Source of the DNA: a virus
Taxonomy: Duplodnaviria > Caudoviricetes
DNA: 64,000 nucleotides
IMG/VR virus record: IMGVR_UViG_3300030708_002673
Location: 18,130 to 82,129 of that record
Strand: one strand, 5' to 3'
Of this stretch, positions 26,236 to 36,500 are shown piece by piece. Each line of letters starts with the position of its first letter. Position 1 is the stretch's first letter. Position numbers and translations under genes: made by a program. The notes under the pieces are model-generated. The model saw only the letters and a program-made list of their open reading frames with translations. It made no database searches and was not told the origin of the DNA.

Positions 26236-28019
26236 GAAATATAAAACCACTAACTAGCGTAATAAAACAAAGAAATCTACAGGTTTCTAGACTTGAAGAA
26301 CAAAGTCTGAGACTGAGGAAGAAACTTGTAAAGACGCGGGGAGAAGCATTTGAGAAGATCCAGGGACAACTTGGTAATACTTCTTCCTCTTCTGGTGGTG
26401 GTATTGGTCAGGGTCTTTTAGGTCTGGGTGGTGCTGCCCTTGGTGGCAGAATGCTTAGAGGTCTCAGGAATAGGTTTAGAACACCTCCGAGAACTAAACC
26501 TGCCAATAAGATTGTTCCGACTAGGGGTCTTAGAGGTGGTGCTAAACCACGCATTCCATCTATCCGTGGTGGACTGCGAATGGGCAGGTTCAATGCCATT
26601 GCCACCACAGCACTGACTGGGGTTGATTATGGACTGAGACGGGCAGAGGGTCAAACCCAAACCCAGGCAGTCAGTGGTGCACTTAGTACAACAGCAGGTG
26701 GTTTGGCAGGTTTTGCCGCTGGTGCCAAAGGCGGTGCTCTACTTGGCGGATCTATTGGTGCACTTTTTGGTGGAGTTGGTGCTGCCCCTGGTGCTGCTAT
26801 TGGCGGTCTTTTAGGTGGTTTACTTGGTAGTTTTGGTGGTGCAAACTTGGGTGCCGCTATTTCTGACAAGGTAACAGGAGCAGATCAACGGAGAAAGGTA
26901 GAGGAAAAGAAATCAAGACTTTCTGCGAGGACGAGTAAATTTGGTCGTACTGTTGAAGAATTTGATAATGCCTTAGATCGCTTTGATCTACTTACGAAGA
27001 AGAAAATTTACTTCATTGATGATGAGTACAATATTGATGTTGATGTAGATGGTGATGACGGTCCTCTTGATCCTCGGATACCACGTCCACGTGGACCAAG
27101 ACCTGGGGGACCAAAACCCGTCAAACTAGAGAAACCAGATAACATCTTTGAGGCAGAGATCCCTGGTGTATCTGAGGAACACAAGGATGGGCGGAAGTTT
27201 AGGTATTCACGTGACTATGTTCCCACTGGACTTGACTACAGTGAGATTCCCAGCACACCTAGTAATAAGGTGGTGCCAGTTGATAACCTGCCTATACTTG
27301 TCAGACCATTCACTGAAAAGTTTGACCTTGAGGAAGGTAAGGGTGAACGACAACAAATTGACACTCCTTATGGTGTACTAGTCCGTAAACCAGCAACGTT
27401 GTTTGCCCCGGCAGGTTTTCAGTTCTTGAACCGGGATGCTACAGAAGACAAGCGGTTCAGAACAGAGCAAACAATCAAGTCTGCACCTGTGCAAGCAGTT
27501 GGTGGAGCGACTGGATTCTTGAGTTTTCTTAGCGTTTTCAGGGGTCTTAGGGGTCGTAGATCAACTACTAGGACAAGGAGCAACACGGAGATATTGGGTA
27601 AGGATGCTAAACCTACTCAACCACCTACGACTGCTCCTCCACGATCAGTCAAACGACGCACACGTGTTCGTCAGACAAACGTAAATCCAATCACGAAAAG
27701 ACGGCAGACTGTACGAGAACAATTAGAAGAATCTAAAACAGGAGAAGTTACCGTTTCTAATCTTCGGATGTCCCAGGAGCAACTTGAAAACCTGTTCCGA
27801 TCGCCATCTGCCTCAGCAACTGGCGGTACCAACTTCAATGCGATGATTCTTCCTTTGCTTGCCGGTGCCGCTGCTTTGGGAACACAGCAGGGGCAGGGAT
27901 CTCAACAGATGCCATTCATGGTGTCTCCACCAGAATCTGAGAGTGTCATTACACCAGAAACTTCCATGCCTTACTCTAAATACCTTGAGTACGAATCTTA
28001 TATGAAGGTCTGGAAATGA
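26232..28019 (+). CDS. Gly/Ala-rich baseplate/tape-measure-like structural protein
   Basis: GG(A)xxG tape-measure-like tract; synteny. Confidence 0.5.
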   Translation: MRNIKPLTSVIKQRNLQVSRLEEQSLRLRKKLVKTRGEAFEKIQGQLGNTSSSSGGGIGQGLLGLGGAALGGRMLRGLRNRFRTPPRTKPANKIVPTRGLRGGAKPRIPSIRGGLRMGRFNAIATTALTGVDYGLRRAEGQTQTQAVSGALSTTAGGLAGFAAGAKGGALLGGSIGALFGGVGAAPGAAIGGLLGGLLGSFGGANLGAAISDKVTGADQRRKVEEKKSRLSARTSKFGRTVEEFDNALDRFDLLTKKKIYFIDDEYNIDVDVDGDDGPLDPRIPRPRGPRPGGPKPVKLEKPDNIFEAEIPGVSEEHKDGRKFRYSRDYVPTGLDYSEIPSTPSNKVVPVDNLPILVRPFTEKFDLEEGKGERQQIDTPYGVLVRKPATLFAPAGFQFLNRDATEDKRFRTEQTIKSAPVQAVGGATGFLSFLSVFRGLRGRRSTTRTRSNTEILGKDAKPTQPPTTAPPRSVKRRTRVRQTNVNPITKRRQTVREQLEESKTGEVTVSNLRMSQEQLENLFRSPSASATGGTNFNAMILPLLAGAAALGTQQGQGSQQMPFMVSPPESESVITPETSMPYSKYLEYESYMKVWK

Positions 28020-29269
28020 AGTGGTTGAACGGCTATCAAGCTAAGACACTAAATGTATTTCCAGAAGGCAAAGAACCCTTTTCCTTGATCGGTCAGTTTC
28101 AGGGTCTTAGGTATGAGGAGGGAGTTGGTAGGACTCTAAAGGTCACTATCATGATTGCCGACACCTTTGGGTTGTCGCAAGCATTGCCTATTAGAGCTGG
28201 CAATAAGGTTGAGGTTTCATTTACTCACCCTAGTGTCAAAGAACCATTCGAGTTCTCTGCTAAGAAGAAGAATGAGTTGCTGATTGCAAATATCGCCAGT
28301 GAGATGGGCAACTCCAAGCGACACATGTATATCTTGGAGTGTGTTACCAAGACAACCATGTCTAACTTGACTACTAGGGTAATCAAGAGATATAAGGGCA
28401 AGATTACTGATAGTGTTGAGAAGGTTCTAAAAGATGTGCTGGAGGTTGATCCTAGTAGGATTGATATCCCACATCCTGCCATGAATGAATATACATTCAC
28501 TGGTAACTACAATCCACCACTGAAGCAGATCAGCAGACTGGCATCTAAATGTGTTGGTGAGCAGAAGGGCAAGTCATCTGCCGAGAGTGGTAGTGCTGGT
28601 TATGTCTTATGTGAGAGTGAGCGTAAAGGATATAAGTTCTTCTCTGTCGATAAGGCATTGCAGGAAGAAGCAACACATGGTTACGAGCAACTTGCACACT
28701 TTGATTCAACAAAGATCAATAACTTTGCTGCTGTAGATACACCAAGATTTGTGGAAAGTCATGATATCATCAAAAAGTTGATGGTAGGACAATACAAGTC
28801 TGCTAACTGGTACTATAATATTATTGATCGCACTCCACACTTCGTAGAATATAGTTACAAGGATAGTAAACTGGATTCTGCAAACGAAGATCAGTATATC
28901 CCCAATGACATTGATGAGAAGTATTCAAGAATCTTTCTAAATGTTCTTGATGTTGGTGCGATGAGTGAGAAGAAGGCAGAACTGAAGACCCCTGCGGAGA
29001 CCATTGCCTGGCGTCAGGCACATGCAACCGGAAGATTTCAGTCTCTTTTCTCTCAGTCACTGGAGTTGACTGTCCCGATGAACTTGGATTTACAAGTTGG
29101 AATGATCATAAAAATGGCATTCCCACTACTAAATAGTGAGTCAACGGGCATGAACCCCTCATCCGGTAACTACATGGTCGCTAAACTCGCCCATGTATTC
29201 GGGGACCCCCGTGGTGATGTTACCGGACTCTCATTAGTCAGAGATTCTTTCGCATTCTATTCCAAATGA
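28016..29269 (+). CDS. Putative baseplate hub protein (gp27-like)
   Basis: Size and position before gp5; no definitive motif. Confidence 0.45.
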   Translation: MKWLNGYQAKTLNVFPEGKEPFSLIGQFQGLRYEEGVGRTLKVTIMIADTFGLSQALPIRAGNKVEVSFTHPSVKEPFEFSAKKKNELLIANIASEMGNSKRHMYILECVTKTTMSNLTTRVIKRYKGKITDSVEKVLKDVLEVDPSRIDIPHPAMNEYTFTGNYNPPLKQISRLASKCVGEQKGKSSAESGSAGYVLCESERKGYKFFSVDKALQEEATHGYEQLAHFDSTKINNFAAVDTPRFVESHDIIKKLMVGQYKSANWYYNIIDRTPHFVEYSYKDSKLDSANEDQYIPNDIDEKYSRIFLNVLDVGAMSEKKAELKTPAETIAWRQAHATGRFQSLFSQSLELTVPMNLDLQVGMIIKMAFPLLNSESTGMNPSSGNYMVAKLAHVFGDPRGDVTGLSLVRDSFAFYSK

Positions 29270-29475
29270 GCGAATTCATTGACAAGGACGGGAAAGAGCA
29301 CGTCAATCACGGCATGCTTGAGTACACACAAGACGATCTCAAAATGCACGGTTTCATGGATAAGCATGAAGGCGAGGAAGATGATGGGTGGAAAGCACGT
29401 CATCGTGACCAAGTTTTAGAAAAGTATTGCGATAACCATCCCGATGCTCTCGAATGCCGTGTATATGACGAGTGA
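29266..29475 (+). CDS. cp12: CP12-like Calvin-cycle inhibitor
   Basis: C-terminal YCDNHPDALECRVYDE. Confidence 0.8.
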   Translation: MSEFIDKDGKEHVNHGMLEYTQDDLKMHGFMDKHEGEEDDGWKARHRDQVLEKYCDNHPDALECRVYDE

Positions 29476-31676
29476 TGATTGACGACCGGGGTATTGAATC
29501 TAAATTTGCAGGACGTGACGGGTTTCACTGGTTCATTGGCCAGGTTCCTGTTGATCCTGCATGGAGAGAATTTCCTGGCGACAAACAATCACGTAAGTAT
29601 GGTTATCGCGTCAAGGTAAGAGTTCTAGGCAAACATCCAGGCACAGATGATGTCAAGGATGAAGAGTTGCCATGGGCACACATCCTGGTCCCTGCTAGTC
29701 AGGGTGCAGGTGTGAACTATGCTGGTGTTAGTAACTTCATCCAGGGTGGAGAAACTGTTATCGGTTTCTATGCTGACGGTGAAGATGCTCAACAACCAAT
29801 CATTCTTGGCGCTTTATACCAACATTCTCTGATCAAGGATGTACTGAAGTGGGACGATGTTCTAGAAAAAGGAACATCTGGATTCTCAGCGATCACAGTT
29901 GATTCTGTGTTAGAGACTGGTGGTTCAGAGACTGCTCTGGGTGCCAGTGTCCGTCCTACACACAAACTCAGACCTGCTGAGGTTGGCAGTATTCCTAATA
30001 ATGATCAAGAGATTGATGATGACAACGGCAAACCAATACAGACGACTGCTCGTCACATTTTAGACAAACCTGTTGAGATCAGGAAAGCAGTCAAATGTGA
30101 CGTTCCCAAGTCTGCTATGGGTGACGTTGCAAAGACCATGTCGTCTTTCATTGAAGTCATCAAAGGTCTTGAGGAGACTAAAGAGGGATTCATTGACCCT
30201 ATCCTGAATAGGGCGGTGAACATCGATAAGATCATTGATGAGGCATCTGCCAGAATCTCTGGCAACATGAGTGGTTTCATCAGACGAGCACGCTCAGACC
30301 TGTTTGCAAACATTGATGAGGAAGTCGGTAAGGCACTGACCTTCCTGTCTCCAGATAATTTGATCAAGAAAATTGAACTAAAGAAGCAGAAGGACATTGC
30401 CTACTGCTTGATGGAGAACGTTATCAACGGTCTCCGTGACATGATCGGTGGATTCCTGAAAGGAATGCTTGGCAAGATCATCAACTTCCCACTCTGCGCG
30501 GCGGAACAGTTTTTGGGTGGTTTGATCTCCAAGATTACTGACACGATCCAGGGTGTTCTTGGTCCGGTGATGGGTGCTATTGGATCATTGGCAGGTATCG
30601 CTCTGCCTAACTTCAGCAATATCATGAACAAAGCAACCGGTGCACTTCAGGCAGGTCTGAAGTTGATGAAGTGTGAAGGATCTGAGTGTGATCCCCAACC
30701 CTTCGACTGGGCAGCAAACGTTGGACCTGATCCGAAGAAGGTTCTGGACCTGAAGCGTATGTTGGACGTGGGTGGTTTGATTGATGGTATTGATAAGGGC
30801 GTAGAAGGTTTCCTTGAAGATACTTTCCCATTCATTGGACAAGCGAAGGGAATCGCTGATTCCATTACCGGTTCTGTTGGGCAGGTTGCTGGTGTTGTTG
30901 ACACCATCCAAGGAACAGTGGAGCGAGTCGGTAGTGCTGGCAAGATCCTGGGTGGTGTAACTGCTGAACTGGCAGGTGGTTGTAATACCAGTGCATTTGA
31001 GTGTGGACCACCAAGCATCGAAATCTTCGGTGGCGGCGGAATTGGTGCTGCTGCTAAGGCAGTGGTCAATTCAGTTGGTGAAGTTGTCGGTGCAAATATG
31101 GAAGATCTCGGGTTAGGGTTCGACGATGTACCATTTGTTTCTATTGTTGACCGTTGTAATAATGGTCGGGGTGCTACAGGCACCGCTGTCGTCAAAGACG
31201 GTAAAGTTACTAACATTATTATTACTAACCCTGGTTCTGGGTATCTTGGTGGGGGAACTGTCACTGTCGATACACTTACGCCTACAGGGGTGGACTCTGA
31301 TGGCAATGTGATTCAGGAAGTAGTCCAGACTGAAACGCAAAGACCTGGTGGATCTGCCGATGGTGAACAAGTAATTGGACAGGTTGAGGGCATTCAAGTC
31401 ATCAATACTGGTAATGATTATGAGGAAGGTGATACTATTGTCACTGAAAATGGTGGGGTATTGACTCCAATTATTGAAAATGGTAGAATTCTAGGTGCAA
31501 CAGGTGTCGTAGACGTTGGTCTCGACAGAATTCCTGCACTGAAAATCAAGTCTAAGACTGGTTTTGGTGCATATATTCGACCCATAACTAAGTTTACGAA
31601 GATTGAGCAGTATGAGAAACCTCTGCTGCCGACCGCTCAGGTCATCACTGTCATTGACTGCCCGAAAGGTTACTAA
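29472..31676 (+). CDS. gp5: Baseplate central spike gp5-like protein
   Basis: WFIGQV, RVKVRVLGKH, LPWAHIL OB-fold; Gly-rich C-terminal repeats. Confidence 0.85.
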   Translation: MMIDDRGIESKFAGRDGFHWFIGQVPVDPAWREFPGDKQSRKYGYRVKVRVLGKHPGTDDVKDEELPWAHILVPASQGAGVNYAGVSNFIQGGETVIGFYADGEDAQQPIILGALYQHSLIKDVLKWDDVLEKGTSGFSAITVDSVLETGGSETALGASVRPTHKLRPAEVGSIPNNDQEIDDDNGKPIQTTARHILDKPVEIRKAVKCDVPKSAMGDVAKTMSSFIEVIKGLEETKEGFIDPILNRAVNIDKIIDEASARISGNMSGFIRRARSDLFANIDEEVGKALTFLSPDNLIKKIELKKQKDIAYCLMENVINGLRDMIGGFLKGMLGKIINFPLCAAEQFLGGLISKITDTIQGVLGPVMGAIGSLAGIALPNFSNIMNKATGALQAGLKLMKCEGSECDPQPFDWAANVGPDPKKVLDLKRMLDVGGLIDGIDKGVEGFLEDTFPFIGQAKGIADSITGSVGQVAGVVDTIQGTVERVGSAGKILGGVTAELAGGCNTSAFECGPPSIEIFGGGGIGAAAKAVVNSVGEVVGANMEDLGLGFDDVPFVSIVDRCNNGRGATGTAVVKDGKVTNIIITNPGSGYLGGGTVTVDTLTPTGVDSDGNVIQEVVQTETQRPGGSADGEQVIGQVEGIQVINTGNDYEEGDTIVTENGGVLTPIIENGRILGATGVVDVGLDRIPALKIKSKTGFGAYIRPITKFTKIEQYEKPLLPTAQVITVIDCPKGY

Positions 31677-32206
31677 TGTCTAAGTCACCCCCATATATCA
31701 TCAACCATCCTGAGGATGGTTCTTTCCGTATTGGTAGGGAAGAAGATGGCAAGGCAGTGCGGAAGGCACAAGTCTGTGCTGTTGCTGGATCTGCTGCATC
31801 CTTGCGGATCTTCGAGGATGGTGGGTGGGAACTACGTGCCACCGAAAACGACCAAGGTTCCAACATTATTCAGACTGGTGCCGGTCCCATCAATATCAAG
31901 TCTGATGGGGATGTGAACATCGACTGCAAGGGAACGTTTTCGGTGATGGCAAAGGACATCATCATGAAAGCAACTGATGCGAAGATTGGTGACATCTTCT
32001 TGCATGCCGAGCATGACATTCATTTGCAGGGCAAAAACTTTGCTAAATTGATTGGGCACAACACCACGGTCACTGCAAATGACAAGTTGATTACGAACTC
32101 TAAAGGTTTCAACTTTATTATTGGAGACATGGTTCGTATCCATGAACCACAGTCTAAACTCATTCCTGGTCCACTCGGGGACTACATCAACTCTCTCGTA
32201 GAATAA
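31676..32206 (+). CDS. gp5 C-terminal beta-helix-like spike protein
   Basis: Repeating I/V-x-I-x-x-x-G-D beta pattern; follows gp5. Confidence 0.5.
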   Translation: MSKSPPYIINHPEDGSFRIGREEDGKAVRKAQVCAVAGSAASLRIFEDGGWELRATENDQGSNIIQTGAGPINIKSDGDVNIDCKGTFSVMAKDIIMKATDAKIGDIFLHAEHDIHLQGKNFAKLIGHNTTVTANDKLITNSKGFNFIIGDMVRIHEPQSKLIPGPLGDYINSLVE

Positions 32207-33027
32207 TGGCAGGCATTAGAGACATTGAGACCGGCAAGGTCTACATCGGCAGAGAAATCCCAGCGAAACTGGATACTGCTGCTGACACCTTGGACGGTGA
32301 TGCACCCTTCAATGGCACGTTGGTTGCTACTGGACCTGTTATAGCAGGGAAGCATTCCGGATATGCTAAAGCAACTGTAAATATTGGGACGGATCTCGAT
32401 AAGTTCAAGTCTGGTGTCAGTGGCAGAGCACTCCAGGTTGACGGCGATGTTGAGGTCATCGGTGAAGAAGCGGTAAACGCTGTATACATCGACGGTGATG
32501 TATATGTTACGGGTGCAGTTGACTGTTTGAACAAGGGAAGACTGGCATCCAGGTTCTCTACAGCAGACTCTCTGGGTAAGTCATTCGACATCCAGCACCC
32601 CACTCAGGAAGGTCGCAGACTTCGCTACGCATGTATCGAGGGACCGGAAGTCGCTGTGTATCACCGTGGCAGACTGACTGGTAGCAATGAGATCACCCTG
32701 CCTGAATACTGGGTGAACCTGGTGCATGAAAACAGCATCACAGTTTCTATTACATGTATTGGTTCACAGCAGGACATCATTGTCACAGACTTTGACAATG
32801 TCCGTGTTGTGCTGAAGCATGTCGGTGGCAATGCTTCTGGTGCAGATATCGACTGTTTTTACCATGTTTACGGTGAGAGGAAGGATATCAACCCCCTCAT
32901 CACCAATTACGAAGGCAAAACTTGGGAAGATTATCCCGATCCCAACGTGTTTATGGCACCCGATGATGAAGAACGGAACATTTTGGATGAACGTTATCGC
33001 GGACCACAGAACACAATTACAAAATAG
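32206..33027 (+). CDS. Virion-associated protein with KSFDIxHP...LRYACIEGPE domain
   Basis: KSFDIQHPTQEGRRLRYACIEGPEVAVYHRG, a motif seen at fibre C-termini. Confidence 0.6.
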   Translation: MAGIRDIETGKVYIGREIPAKLDTAADTLDGDAPFNGTLVATGPVIAGKHSGYAKATVNIGTDLDKFKSGVSGRALQVDGDVEVIGEEAVNAVYIDGDVYVTGAVDCLNKGRLASRFSTADSLGKSFDIQHPTQEGRRLRYACIEGPEVAVYHRGRLTGSNEITLPEYWVNLVHENSITVSITCIGSQQDIIVTDFDNVRVVLKHVGGNASGADIDCFYHVYGERKDINPLITNYEGKTWEDYPDPNVFMAPDDEERNILDERYRGPQNTITK

Positions 33028-33059
33028 TATGCTATAATAGAAGAAATATCATACTTTAG

Positions 33060-33299
33060 ATGACAACAATTGAATTTCGAGGAAAAGTAACTGTTGATGG
33101 GATCATTGATCTCCCTGAGGAGTGGTATGGCAAAGTGGATGAAAATAACATCCACGTTCAACTGACCCCGAACTCTTGCTTCCAGGAATTGTTTGTGGAG
33201 TCAATCCCTTATGGTAGAACTGTAAAGGTTCGTAATCAAGGCGGTGGGAAAATCGACGCATTTTTTACTGTTACAGCGGTGTTGACAACAGAAGACTGA
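33060..33299 (+). CDS. Small protein homologous to the C-terminal part of the preceding ORF
   Basis: RGK...IDLPEEW...IHVQLTP vs RGR...ITLPEYW...ITVSIT. Confidence 0.6.
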   Translation: MTTIEFRGKVTVDGIIDLPEEWYGKVDENNIHVQLTPNSCFQELFVESIPYGRTVKVRNQGGGKIDAFFTVTAVLTTED

Positions 33300-33335
33300 A
33301 GAAGTATAATAATAGAGTTCCAGCATAGGACGCTT

Positions 33336-33524
33336 ATGTTTGATTCCGAGCACGTGACTAAGATCGAAGTCAACGTTCCTGCTCGAAAGTTTACAATCCA
33401 CGGGTCTGATGGGGCGATCAGAGAACTGGAATGTCCAGAAACAGAACAATTTATGAATGTCTGGGAGGTAGCACAGCTAGCGGTCGAGATTGATGATGAA
33501 ATCGAGATGACTAGTTGCATTTGA
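33336..33524 (+). CDS. Hypothetical protein
   Basis: 62-aa ORF in operon context. Confidence 0.55.
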   Translation: MFDSEHVTKIEVNVPARKFTIHGSDGAIRELECPETEQFMNVWEVAQLAVEIDDEIEMTSCI

Positions 33525-33582
33525 CCTGGTCCAGACACTGTTCCTAAATAATCTGAAGGAATGGTGTCTGGACTCATAGGTA

Positions 33583-36500
33583 ATGCCTCTCAGTAGACTT
33601 GAAAACTTCCTGAAGAATATTCAGGGCAATGTCATCTACGTCAATCCAGAAGAACTGGATGCCACAGATGATATTAGTAACACGGGTAATTCGAGAACCC
33701 GTCCGTTCAAGACTATCCAGCGGGCTCTTATTGAGTCCGCTAGATTTTCTTACCAATTGGGTAAGAACAACGACAAGTTTGACAAGACTACGATTGTAGT
33801 TTCGCCTGGTGTTCACTATGTTGATAACCGTCCTGGTTATCAGATCAACACCTCAGGTACTGTCACTGACGTAACCGGTGCTTCGCAAAGTATCGCAGAA
33901 CTTGGTGTCGGTGCCAACTTCAATATTCAAGACTCCAACAACGTACTGTACCACTTCAACAGTGCGAATGGTGGTGTCATCATGCCACGTGGTACTTCAA
34001 TCTGTGGTTCTGATCTACGTAAGACAAAGATTAGACCAAAGTATGTACCAGATCCACTAAACAACAGCATTCCTTCCACCGCACTGTTCCGTGTAACTGG
34101 CGGTTGTTACTTCCGGGAGTTTACCCTGTTTGATGGTGATCCTGCTGACAGGATCTATAAAGATTACACCACAAACGTCTACGCTCCTACCTATTCTCAC
34201 CACAAACTCACCTGCTTTGAGTATGCAGATGGTGTGAATAAGATGGATGGTAAGGGTCTGACCGACCTTGACATGTATTATGCCAAGTTGACTCTGGCAT
34301 ATGGTAATGCATCTGGTCGTGCGATCCCCACTTATCCTACTAACGACGACTTTGAGCAAGTTGTTGATGAATCTCGGATTGTTGGTGCCATTTCTAACGT
34401 TGGTGCGATCCGGATTCAGGATATTTACTCTGGTGTCAACTCTTCTGACCCCACTGCGACCACTATTGTAACTGTCCGTACCAGTGAGACACATGGTCTT
34501 ACTGTTGCTACACCTATCAACATCAAGGGTGTTGCTGGCAATAGTAATGTCAATGGCACTGAATATGATGGTGTGCATGTTGTTTCTCAGGTTCTGAGCG
34601 ACACACTGTTCACTTATTCTGTAACTACTGCCCCTGCAACTACTGCTACTCCTAACCTTAGTGGTCTTTCTCCCACTGTCACGGTTGAGAGTGACACTGT
34701 TACTAGTGCATCCCCCTATATTTTCAACTGCTCTCTCCGTTCTGTCTTTGGCATCAACGGTCTGCATGCTGATGGTAGCAAGGCAACTGGATTCAAATCC
34801 ATGGTGCTTGCACAGTTCACGGGTGTGTCCCTGAACAAAGATGACAATGCATTTGTAAAATATAATGTAACCAGTGGTGTTTATGAAGATCAGGCAGCAT
34901 TAGGAACCAGCACCATCCTGCACACGGATGGTATGGCACGCCATAAACCTGATTGGCAGAACTTCCACATCAAGGCATCCAACAACGCACAACTTCAGTT
35001 GGTGTCTGTGTTTGCCGTGGGTTGTGGACACCACTTCATCAATGAGTCTGGTTCTGACTCCTCCATCACCAACTCTAACTCCAACTTTGGTGCGTGCGCC
35101 CTGTTGTGTGACGGTTTCAAGGATGATGCATTCCAGAAAGATGACCAAGGTTACATCACTGGAATCCTTCCTACTCAAAAGAACTTTGGTAAAGAGACTA
35201 CATTCAACTGGTTGAAACTGGATGTAGATGATACTGCTGCTGCGGCAGATACGAAACTGTATCTCCGCGACTTCAAGCAACGTGATGATGTTCCTATCGT
35301 TACTGCATCAAAATACTTTGTTGGTAACAAAGTTGGTGACCTCCTGCAACTGAACATCAACGGTCAGGTCACCTCTGCTGAGATCATGATGACTGTGCCA
35401 AATGGCACAACTGCTGCAAGTGGTAAGAAGGAGTTCCTAGTTGGACGTGCTTCTGGTATCAGCAGTATCTCCAGTGACATCCTGACACTGCAATGCCCTG
35501 GGCAGACTCACAACCTGTTCACTGGTGAATCCGTCTGCTTCTATGCTGATGACGGTGCACTTCCTGATGGTATTGATTACAACCGGAAGTATTATGTAAT
35601 CGCTAACCCGGTTGCAAATGAGAACGATAAGATCAAGATTGCAACCAGTAAGGACAATGCCCTTGCTAATGTTGCTCTCACTGGCATCAACAATGCTGGT
35701 GGTCAACTGAGAGTTGTCTCTCGCGTTATTGACAAAGAACCCGGAGAACCGGGTCACCCCATTCAGTATGATGCTACTGGTTGGTATGTGAATGTCAAGA
35801 CTGGCAACACACTACACGATAAGGTCAAGGTCAACCAGTCCTCCATCAGTCCTGAGACTCCTGCAACCTTCATCACTCGTAAGATTGATGACCGCCAGGA
35901 CATCGAGGCAATCTACCGTCTGCGGTATGTGCTGCCTGATGCTTCTGCTATTGCAGCACCTCCACAGAATGGTTATGTCATTCAAGATAGTGGCACAGTC
36001 ATTGATGACACCAACTTCCAGAACGAGAATAATGTTCTGAGCAGTGATCTGGATCTCCGCACGGAGACTTATATCACCAATGCTTCATGGAACGGCAACA
36101 TTGGTTTCATCACCTGTCGCCATCCCCACCGCCTGCATCATGGTCAGTTGATTCAGATCAACAGACTGCGTTCCGAGAATAACGTCCATGGCGAAGCAAA
36201 CTCAGGTTATAACGGTCTGCACTATGTTTCGCAGATCATTGATAAGAAGTCTTTCCGAATCGGTATCAACACGGATCCGGGCGGTATTACTACCATCTCC
36301 ACGGGTATTCCTTACACGACTCATGATAACAGTGTCGTTGGTTCTGGTCGCACGTTCTCTCCTTACTTTGTAAGGAAAGAGTATGGTAATGCCTATCAGA
36401 TTTTCAACCATGAGGTAGTCCAGGAGCACAAACCTGGTGTTCAGGATGGTGTGTATGACCTCACCATGCTGGGTTACCACTCCACTCCTGACCTGGCACC

